The notes below the pieces were generated by a model that saw nothing but the letters and a program-made list of their open reading frames with translations, was not told the DNA's origin and did no database searches. Position numbers and translations under genes: made by a program. This document shows, piece by piece, positions 55,997 through 64,000 of a stretch of 64,000 bases of DNA. The number at the start of each line of letters is the position of its first letter. The stretch's first letter is position 1. The stretch spans positions 192,001-256,000 of the forward strand of contig CAWKNZ010000003.1 of assembly GCA_963851265.1 (NCBI GenBank), given 5' to 3'. Source of the DNA: an uncultured Gemmatimonadales bacterium. GTDB lineage: Bacteria > Gemmatimonadota > Gemmatimonadetes > Gemmatimonadales > Gemmatimonadaceae.

Positions 55997-58900
55997 GTCC
56001 GCACCTCGCGGCAGGCGTCGCGCACCGCGCAGTGGGGCGGGCACCCGGCCGTGACGCACGCGGGGATCTGCGCCGGAAACACGCCGGCGACGATGCCGTC
56101 CACGTGGTACAGCGCGTGGTCGAGCGCGTCGTGCAGCCGCCGTTCGGCCTCCTCCTGGCGCGCGCCCGGGGCCGCCGCCCGCGCCCGCTTGGCGGCCGCG
56201 CTCGCGAGGTGCAGGTGCGCGGTGCGCGCGCCGCCGTGCTTCACGATCTGGTACGCCCCGCCCCACACCCCCGACTTCCCCTCGGGCAGTCGGCCGAGCG
56301 CGTGGAGGTAGAGCGGCAACTGCAGGATCCCGCCGTGCTCGTACAGCCCGACCGGCGTGAGCGAGCCCGTCGACGTCTTGTAGTCGACGGCGTACGTGAG
56401 CCCCCGCAGGGCCGGGTCGACGAACTCGTCGACGCGGTCGATGCGGCCGCGCAGGCGCAGCGTGCGGCCGTCGCGCGTGAGCGTCACGGGCGCGATCCCG
56501 CCGACGCCGAACGCGACCTCGAACGCCGCCGGACGCCGCTGCGGGGTCGCGGCGCGCGACGTCCGCTCGTTCTCCTCCACCTCCCACGCCACGTACGCGA
56601 GCACCGACTCGGCCAGCTCGGCCGCCGCCACCGCGCGCAGCGCGGGCGGCACCGCCTGCCCGTCGGCCTCGGCCTCCGCGAGCGCACGCTCGACGTGGCG
56701 CGGCACGAGCCGGTCCGCCTGCCGCAGCGCGGCGCGCGTGAGCGCGGCGTCGCCGTGCGCCTCCGCGAGCCCGCGGTGCAGCAACTCGAGCACGCGGTGC
56801 ACGAGCGTGCCGCGCGCACGCGGACCGAACGCGCTGGCCTCGTCGTCGGCGTCGGCGGGCGGGGCGTCGGGTTCGCGCACGCCCAACACGTCGCGTGCGA
56901 AGAAGTCCCACGGGCAGCGGCCGTAGCGCTCCAACTCCGCCGCACTCCACACGCGGTCGCCGTAGCGCGCGGCGAGCCACGCGCGCAGGTCGGGGCTCGT
57001 CACCGCGCCGTTCCACGCGCGCACGCTCTCGCGCGGCAGGGACGCCGGGCGCACGGCCCGCCGCGCCGCGCGCGCGCGTTCCCGCTCCGCCACGGCGAGC
57101 ACGTGCGCCACGAGCGCGCGCTCGCCCGCCTCGGCGGCGAGGTGCGCCAGGACCGCGCGCGACTCCGCGCGCGCCGCGGCGCTGTCGGCCGCGGCACGTG
57201 CGGCCGCGACGAGGTGTAGGTCCGCCGCGCACCACGCGTCCGCGACGGTGTCGGGCGCGACGGCCGACGCGCGCGCGCGCTCGACCCACGAGGCCGGCTC
57301 ACCGGAGGGCGGCTCGCCCGCGCCCGGTGCCGATGCGGCGGGCCCGGCGAGGCGCCCGACCAGGTCGTCGAAGTACGCCGAGGGCAACTGCGGGCGGCCG
57401 CGCGCGTCGCCCGCCGCGTAGCTCAGGTGCAACGAGCGCGCGGCCCCTGCGGCGAGCGTGCGCCAGAGCGACGCCTCGCGCGCGGCCCACGCGTCGGGCG
57501 CGTCGACGGGAAGCCCCGCGCGCGCGAGCGCCCGCCGCTCGTGCGCCGCGAACAGCCCGCCCCCGTCACCCTCGGCGGGAAAGCTCCCCGCCTCCATGCC
57601 GACGACGAACAGGTGGTCGCACGTGCGCCAGACCGCGGCCGACGCTTCCGCCACCTGCACGCCCCGCCGGTGCGGCGTGGTGAGCGCGAGGTCCGCGTCC
57701 TCGAGCGCCTCGGCGAGTTCGTCGTGCCACGCGGCGGCGGTGAGCACCTCGCCCGACGCGTCCGGGGCGCCCGCCCCGCCGTCGCCCAGCGCGAGCGCCG
57801 TCCGCCACGCGGCGAGCGCGTCGCCGAGCGCCGCCAGCCCTTCGACGTCGCGCCGCACGGCGTCCACCGCGAGCGCGTCGCGCGCGAACGCCTGCGGGTC
57901 GCGGTGCGGCGCGCGGCACGCGATCCGACAGAGCCCGAACACGCCCTCACGCGCGCCCTCCGCACGTTCGCGCTCCGCCCGCAGCGCCGCCGCCGCCGCG
58001 CCCGAGCCGGCCCAGCGTGTGATCGATCCACGCGCGACGTGCGCGCGGCGCGTCCGCGTCGCCGACGGTCGCGGCGAACGCCGTGAATGCGTCGCGCAGC
58101 GCCTCCGCGCGCCCGCCGCCGAGCGCGGCCGGCGCGCGCTCGTCCTCGTCGGCCTCGTCGCAGAACGCCGCGATCGCGGCCGACCACTCCGAGAGCGGGA
58201 CGGCCCGCACCGCCCCCCACCCCCGCCGGCGTGCGACGGCGGCGAGCCCCGCGGCGTCGAGCCCCGTCGCGAAGTACGGCGACCCGGCGATTGCGCCTAA
58301 CGAGGCCGGCGACCACCCCGCGGCTGCGGCCGCGCTGAGGCGCAGCAGCGCGCCCACCGCGCCCACGCGCGGCAGCGCGACGCGGAGCCGCGCCGTGACC
58401 GGTACGCCGTACCGCCGGAGCGCTTCGACCACGCGCTCGCCATACGGGCGCGCCTGGCGCGAGACGACGAGCACGCGGTGGGGCGCGACCGGCCCGGCGC
58501 CGTCCCCCTCGACGAGCAGCCGCTTCACGCGCCGCGCGACGAGGTCGGCCTCGCGCGCGACGTCGGGCGCGGCGAGCGCGCGCACGGCCGCGGGGGCGTC
58601 GCCCTGCACCGGCGCCGCCACACGCTCGAACTCCGGGCCCAACGCGAGCGCCGACGCCGCGCCCGCCGCGCCGCCGAGCAAGGTGTCCTGCACGTGCGCG
58701 AGCACCGCCGGGCGCGCCGCGGCTTCGGGGTCGGGCGCGGCGCGCTCCACCCGCGCCGGCCCGCGCGCGAGCAGCGCGTGCGCGAGCGCGTCCTCCCCCA
58801 GCGGCTCCGCGTCGTCCGCGTCGGCGTCTGCCGCGTCCCACGGGTCGCGGCACCGCAGGGCCGCCGCGTGCCGCGACCCGTGGCGCGCCGCCGCGGCATG

Positions 58901-59686
58901 GACATCCTCGGCGAGCACCGACACGCGCAGCTCGTCCACGAACGGCGCGGCGTGCAGTGCGCCCACGAGCCGCGCCCACCCGCGCCGCAGGTCGCCGAGC
59001 CCGTGCACGCACACGGTTCGCGGCGCGTCCGCGGCACCGAACGGCACACGCAGGCGCTCGCGCACCGCGTCCGGCTCCGCCGCGACGGCCTCCGCGGCGC
59101 ACGCCACCGCGTCGCGCCCGTCCACGCGCCGCAGCGCGCCGAGCGGGGGCAGCGCGCCCAGGGCGTCGACGTACGCGGCGTAGATGGCCGCGACGTCGGC
59201 GTCGCGGAGGCGCGCCCACGGGTCGTCGTGCTCCGCGCCGGTCGACGCCGGGGAGAGCGCGGCGAACGCGGCGTCGGCCTCCGCGGGCGTGACGCGCTCC
59301 GCGACGAGGTCGCCGACGAGCGCGTCGAGCGCGCGCAGCACCCCGCGCGCCGGCCGGCCGCGCCCGTTCCCGCCCACGGCGAGCGCGCGCCCCGGCGCCG
59401 CCTCCGCGGCGCGCACCAGCAGCGCCCGCCGCTCGAACGCGGTGAGCGGCGCCATCGGGCCGGCGAGCACCTCGGGCAGCTCGTGGAAGACCACGACCGG
59501 CGCGCCGAGCCACCCCGCGCACCCGGCGCGCGCGGCGCGGTCGAGCAGCGCGTCGCGCACGCCGCCCTGCCGCACGGCCACGAGCGGCAGCGGCCCCGCG
59601 GGGCGTCCCGCCACGCAGAACGGAGCGGCTACGTGCGCGAGCAGCGCGGCAGGGTCGGACGAGTGGACGAGAACGAGATCGGCCAC
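55993..59686 (-). pseudogene. addB: AddB-like protein split by a 1-nt frameshift near 58002 (ORFs 57947-59686 and 55993-57942)
   Basis: C-terminal PD-(D/E)XK nuclease (RGRIDRVD, DYKT, LQLPLY) with Fe-S-type Cys (CPW...C....C...C.....C); reading frame switches at CTCGGGCGCG; could be an assembly error. Confidence 0.75.
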
Positions 59687-59714
59687 GAGGAGGGCAGAGG
59701 GAGGGTGACGCGGG

Positions 59715-59747
59715 ACGTTGGCGGCACGTTAGCAGTACGTTAGCACG
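59715..59747. repeat. Three 11-bp-phased direct repeats upstream of addB
   Basis: ACGTTGGCGGC ACGTTAGCAGT ACGTTAGCACG. Confidence 0.6.
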
Positions 59748-59801
59748 GCGGTCGCCGGCACGCGCGCGATCCTCCCCCGCCACTCCCCCGGCCCGCAGCG
59801 C

Positions 59802-61184
59802 CTAACAAATATCGTCCGCCCCCCGCAACACCCGCCCCACCCGCTCCGGCCCCACCAGATCCTCCGCGCTCGTCGCCCCCAACTCCCGCAACCGCCGCGC
59901 CTGCGGCAGCACCCGCAGCTCCAGCGATCCCACGGCCGAGTTGTACGCGTCGCTCGCCCGCTCCAGCCCCTTCCGCATGTCCCCGAAGTGGGCGGCGAAC
60001 ACGCGCACCCGGTCGTACAACTCCCGCCCGGCCGCGCTCACCTGCTCGGCGTTGCGCGCCACGCGCTCCTGCTGCCACCCGTACGCCACCGCGCGCAGGA
60101 GCGCGATCAGCGTCGTCGGACTCGCCGCGATCACGCGCTGCGCCGCCCCGGCCTCCAGCAGCGCCGGGTCGTGCGCGAGCGCCGCGCCGAACACCCCCTC
60201 GCCCGGCAGGAACATCACGACGAACTCCGGCGCCTCGGCGAACTGCCCCCAGTAGGCCTTCGCCGAGAGCTTCGCCACGTGGTCGCGCACGTGCCGCGCG
60301 TGGTCGCGCAGCCGCTCGGCCCGCGCGCCGTCGTCGGGGGCGTCGGTGGCCGCGAGGTACGCCTCCAGCGGCGCCTTCGCGTCGACGACCACCACCTTGC
60401 CGCCGGGGAGCTTCACGACGAGGTCCGGCCGCAGCCGCCCACCCCCCTCCGCGGGCCCGTCGAGCTGCACCTGCTCGACGAAGTCGCAGTGCTCCAGCAT
60501 CCCGGCCATCTCGCACACGCGCTTGAGCTGCACCTCGCCCCAGCGCCCCCGCGCGTGCGGCGTGCGCAGCGCGTCGACCAGCTGCTGCGTGCGCGCGCCT
60601 AACGCGCGCTGCCCGTCGGCCAGCGCGCGCACCTGCGCGAGCAGCCCCTCGTAGGCGCCCGCGCGCGCGACCTCGACGGCGTGCACCGCCCCGCCCACCC
60701 GCTCGAGCGACTCGCGCAGCGGCGCGACGAGCTCGGCCACCGCGCCCGCGCGCGCCGCGTCGCGCGCGTCGAGGTCCGCCATCCCGGCCTGCTTCGCCTC
60801 GCTCGCCGCACTCGCGAGCGCCGTCCGCGCGAGGGCGAGGAAGTGCGCGCCGTTCTCGCGCAGCGCCTCCGCACTCGCGCTCTGGAAGGTTTCGAGCAGC
60901 CGCGCGTGCCGCGCCGCGTCCCCCGCGGCGGCCCGGCGCTCGGCCGCGAGCTCCGCGCCTAACGCGGCCGCGGCGCGCTCCGCCTCGCCGCGCGCCGCCT
61001 GCGCCGCGGCCCGCTCCGCGTCGCCCCGGCGCAGCGCGTCCTCGCGCTCCGCCAGGCGCGCGGCGAGCGCGGCGGCCTGCGCCGCGCCGCGCGCCCGGGC
61101 CGCGGTCCAGGCGAGGGCGCCGGCGCCCGCGGCGCCGAGCAGCAGCCCGGCGGCGGCGCCGGCGACGAGGTCGGAGGTGGGCAT
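59802..61184 (-). CDS. rmuC: DNA recombination protein RmuC
   Basis: N-terminal TM + coiled coil; [51 protein letters not shown]. Confidence 0.95.
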   Translation of the reverse strand: MPTSDLVAGAAAGLLLGAAGAGALAWTAARARGAAQAAALAARLAEREDALRRGDAERAAAQAARGEAERAAAALGAELAAERRAAAGDAARHARLLETFQSASAEALRENGAHFLALARTALASAASEAKQAGMADLDARDAARAGAVAELVAPLRESLERVGGAVHAVEVARAGAYEGLLAQVRALADGQRALGARTQQLVDALRTPHARGRWGEVQLKRVCEMAGMLEHCDFVEQVQLDGPAEGGGRLRPDLVVKLPGGKVVVVDAKAPLEAYLAATDAPDDGARAERLRDHARHVRDHVAKLSAKAYWGQFAEAPEFVVMFLPGEGVFGAALAHDPALLEAGAAQRVIAASPTTLIALLRAVAYGWQQERVARNAEQVSAAGRELYDRVRVFAAHFGDMRKGLERASDAYNSAVGSLELRVLPQARRLRELGATSAEDLVGPERVGRVLRGADDIC

Positions 61185-61336
61185 CGGGCGGGCGAGACGT
61201 GGACGGGGCGGACGGAACCGACGCGCGAAGCTAAGCGCCGGCGGCACCCTCGAACGCGAGAATCCTCGCGCGTCGCCTGCCGCACCCGGGTCCGGGCGGC
61301 AGGCGCTGGCGGCGCCGTCGCGGCGGTCGCCCCGGC

Positions 61337-61918
61337 TCAGCCCCGCCGCCGCTCCTCGCCGCGGCCGCCCTGCGGCACCGGCACGCGCGCCGCCAACGCC
61401 CGCCCGACCAGCGCGTCGAGCGACTCGCCGTCGTCCCGCGTCACCCAGCCGAGCGCGAGCGCGCCCGGCGCCTTGTTGAAGGCGAGCAGCTGCAGACGCC
61501 GCGCGACGCGGTCCGTGTCGCGCCGGCCGGCACCGGGCAGCAGCAGCAGAAACTCGTCGGCGCCGATCCGCAGCAGCGGCTCCGTCCCGCGCACGTGGCG
61601 CATGAGGAAGCGCGCGGTCTGGACGCGGAGCGCGTCGCGCAACACGTCGTCCGGCACCCCGCGGTCGTCGCCCGCCGAGCCCTCGCCTTCGAGCAGCACC
61701 ACGATCGCGCCCACCGGGCCGCTGTTCTTCGCGAGCCGCGTTTCGAGCACGGCGAGGTGCGAACGCACCAGACACCCCGTGAGCGGGTCACGCTCCCCGA
61801 CGAGCGCCGCGGGATCGGCGAGCGGGTGCAGGGGTTCGTGCACCACCGTGCGCCCGTGCTCGGGCACGGAATGCAGGACGACGGCGGGCTGCGACACGGT
61901 AGGCGTGGCTGACGACAT
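61337..61918 (-). CDS. Degenerate GGDEF-domain protein
   Basis: [17 protein letters not shown]; lacks the first-strand DxDxFK..ND..GH motif. Confidence 0.7.
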   Translation of the reverse strand: MSSATPTVSQPAVVLHSVPEHGRTVVHEPLHPLADPAALVGERDPLTGCLVRSHLAVLETRLAKNSGPVGAIVVLLEGEGSAGDDRGVPDDVLRDALRVQTARFLMRHVRGTEPLLRIGADEFLLLLPGAGRRDTDRVARRLQLLAFNKAPGALALGWVTRDDGESLDALVGRALAARVPVPQGGRGEERRRG

Positions 61919-62024
61919 GGACGGCGCCTCGGGAAACGGGGTGCGGGAATGTGCGTGCGGGACCGCGGCACGGCAAAGGTCCGACGTGCCCCCCCGACGG
62001 TAACCCGCGCCGCCGCACCGGGGT

Positions 62025-62912
62025 ATGAACACCGTGACTTCGACTACCGACGCCGCGACGCCGCGACTCTGGTCGCTCGGCTCCGGCTCCAAGGGCAACG
62101 CCATGGTGCTCGCCCACGCCGGGCACCACCTCATGTTCGACGCGGGCTTCGAGCTGCCCGCGCTCGTCGACCGGCTCCGCGACGCGGGGCTCCACCCCTG
62201 GGACATCGACGATGTCGTGCTCTCGCACGGGCACCGCGACCACGTGGTGGGCGCCGCGGCCGGCGCGCACGCCTACGGCTGGCGCGTGTGGGGCGCGCTC
62301 GGCACGGTCTGGCGCTGGCGCGCCCTGCGCGAGATTCCGCTGCTCCCGTTCGAGCCCGGCGGGTCGTTCGCGGCCGGGCCGTGGACGGTGCACACGACTC
62401 CCGTTCCGCACGACGTCGACGACGCGGCGGCGTTCCTCGCGGTCGCGGACGCCGACCCCGCCCTGCGCGTGGGCTACGCGACCGACCTCGGGCGCGCACC
62501 CGACGCCCTCGTCGACCTCTTCCGCGACGCGAGCGCCCTCGTGCTCGAGAGCAACCACGACCGCGAGTTGCTGCGCACCGGGCCCTATCCGCCCGACCGC
62601 CAGGCGCGCGTGGGTGGGGAGTACGGGCACCTGAGCAACGACCGCGCGGCCGCGGTGCTGCGCGCCGTCGCGCACCCGGGGCTCGCACAGGTCGTGCTCG
62701 CCCACGTCAGCCGGCACAACAACACGCCGGCGCTCGCCCTCGCCACAGCTCGCGCGGCCCTCGACGCGGCGGCCTACGCGGGCGCGCTCCACGCCGCGCC
62801 GCAGGATGCGGTGCTCGGGCCGCTCGACGCCGGACCGCTCCACGTCGCGCCGCTCGCCGCCGGGCTGGAGAGTGGACCGTCGCGAGTCCACGGGTGGTAT
62901 CAGGGAGTGTGA
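62025..62912 (+). CDS. MBL-fold metallo-hydrolase (YycJ/WalJ-like)
   Basis: LGSGSKGN, DAG, SHGHRDH, VPHD, TDLG, ESNHD, GHLSN, LAHVS..NNTP. Confidence 0.9.
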   Translation: MNTVTSTTDAATPRLWSLGSGSKGNAMVLAHAGHHLMFDAGFELPALVDRLRDAGLHPWDIDDVVLSHGHRDHVVGAAAGAHAYGWRVWGALGTVWRWRALREIPLLPFEPGGSFAAGPWTVHTTPVPHDVDDAAAFLAVADADPALRVGYATDLGRAPDALVDLFRDASALVLESNHDRELLRTGPYPPDRQARVGGEYGHLSNDRAAAVLRAVAHPGLAQVVLAHVSRHNNTPALALATARAALDAAAYAGALHAAPQDAVLGPLDAGPLHVAPLAAGLESGPSRVHGWYQGV

Positions 62913-63022
62913 CCGGCGCAACGCACCACCGCGCCGGCGCGTGTGCAGGGCAGGCGTGGCCGCGCGGCCTTCGTCGCGCGGCCGCTCCGGCCGCTCCGCC
63001 CCCTTCCTTCCCGAGCGCCACG

Positions 63023-63583
63023 ATGCCTCTCAACCGCCGCCACGTCCCGCTCTGTGCTGCCGCCGTCTTCGCGGCCGTCTCCGCCGCGGCCTGCAGCGGT
63101 GGCCACGCGGCAGCCAACGACGCGCTCCGTCGCGACCTCGACGCGGCCGGTGGCGACGGGCTCGCGCTCGCCCCACGCGCCTCGCAGACCCAGGTCGTGT
63201 CCCCGCTCGAGCTCGGGAACGGCAAAGCCAGCGCGGCCGGCACGCCGGCGCGCGCGGCCACGGGTACGCCAGCCCCGGCCCCCCGGCGTCTGGTGGCGCG
63301 CGCGCCGGCCCCGGTGGTCGAGCGGGTCCGGATCATCGAGCGCGTGATCGAGCGCGATCCCGCACCGGCGCCGGCGCCCACGCGCACCGAAGTCGCTGCC
63401 GCTCCGACCGCGGCGACGCCCGCGGCCCCCACCGCTGTGGACCCGGCGCCGGTGGCCGCCCCGTCGCCCGGCTCGCGCCACATGCCGCAGACCACGGATG
63501 CGCCTGCGCCCACCCGCGCCCGCCGCGGTGCGTGGAACATGGGCGACGTGATCCGCAACGCGCCCTTCCCGATCAACCCGTAA
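63023..63583 (+). CDS. Hypothetical Pro/Ala-rich lipoprotein
   Basis: Lipobox AAAC; L.RDL..A, VVSPLE, C-terminal VIRNAPFPINP. Confidence 0.65.
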   Translation: MPLNRRHVPLCAAAVFAAVSAAACSGGHAAANDALRRDLDAAGGDGLALAPRASQTQVVSPLELGNGKASAAGTPARAATGTPAPAPRRLVARAPAPVVERVRIIERVIERDPAPAPAPTRTEVAAAPTAATPAAPTAVDPAPVAAPSPGSRHMPQTTDAPAPTRARRGAWNMGDVIRNAPFPINP

Positions 63584-63719
63584 CCCCTCCTAAGTCGCTC
63601 GGCGCCAGCTACTTGCGCTGGATGGCCGAGTTGCGGGACGGGCTCCGCCGAGCGTAGTGTGGTGGCCCGCGCCGAGCGACGTGCTCGGCGCGGGCCACCG
63701 TCGTTCGGAGTGCACTCGG

Positions 63720-63959
63720 ATGGCCCTGCCGCTCCCACTGCCCGACCCCGGCCAGCACTCGCGAGTCGACGGCGCCGCGAACGCGGACCCCGTCGGCCCG
63801 ATGACGCCCGACGAGTACGACGCGTTCGAGGCGGAATCCGAGGTCCGCCACGAGTACGTCGACGTCCCGCGCGAGCCGCCGCCGCTCCCGCAGCTCCGCC
63901 GCGTTCGCGAGCCCGACGCCGAGTACGAGGTCGACGGCGTGCCCGAGTACGCCGACTGA
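63720..63959 (+). pseudogene. Internally deleted Uma2 endonuclease remnant
   Basis: MTPDEYDAFEAESEVRHEYVD (Uma2 N-terminus) joined directly to a PPPLPQLRRVREP tail; catalytic core absent. Confidence 0.55.
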
Positions 63960-64000
63960 CCCGGGCACACGCGTTGCACCCCCGCCCTGTCTCCCCAACG

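Noticed and set aside
52574..59686. Heptamer as the Chi site of the local AddAB, or as KOPS
   Set aside because: The 17:17 strand split shows no replichore polarity, and orientation mostly follows the coding strand. Disfavoured, though not excluded without whole-genome data.
3708..59783. Very long alternative-frame ORFs (e.g. 3708-6740 -, 22590-25946 +, 36530-39388 -, 52467-55823 -, 57423-59783 -)
   Set aside because: Arg/Ala/Pro/Gly-rich shadow frames expected at this GC content; only short terminal parts of some (DUF1622, PqqD) are real genes.
1072..60963. GTTAGGC/GCCTAAC as integron attC core and inverse-core sites
   Set aside because: They match GTTRRRY/RYYYAAC, but most copies are in frame inside ordinary genes, I found no GCCTAAC...GTTAGGC pair 55-140 bp apart forming an attC hairpin, and there is no integrase in the window.

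Overview
Very GC-rich (about 77% by eye) bacterial chromosomal segment. Gene content and the Ala/Pro-rich lipoprotein style suggest Gemmatimonadota (Gemmatirosa/Roseisolibacter-like); that assignment is an inference. It holds about 58 genes: many secreted peptidases and hydrolases (M19, M28, M14, S41 tricorn, DegP, CPBP, ENPP, lipase), two dicarboxylate symporters, a NarL-type two-component pair interrupted by Uma2 genes, two spore-photoproduct-lyase-like radical SAM enzymes, queD next to a GT2, msrB, and an rmuC-addB(frameshifted)-addA block. No rRNA, tRNA, transposase, integrase or CRISPR array was recognised. Main signals: (1) the non-palindromic heptamer GTTAGGC/GCCTAAC occurs at least 34 times, 17 per strand, mostly written into genes through the otherwise rare TTA codon and used as shared stop codons, which suggests a genome-wide sequence signal; (2) a lasso-like RiPP-type operon (RRE/PqqD, B2 peptidase, HprK-like kinase, nucleotidyltransferase) with no cyclase and no visible precursor, flanked by secreted lipoproteins; (3) a small protein fusing an HNH-endonuclease-type HTH to a histone H1-like tail; (4) SD-independent initiation (leaderless genes and C-rich leaders). 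All family calls come from motif recognition, not database searches.
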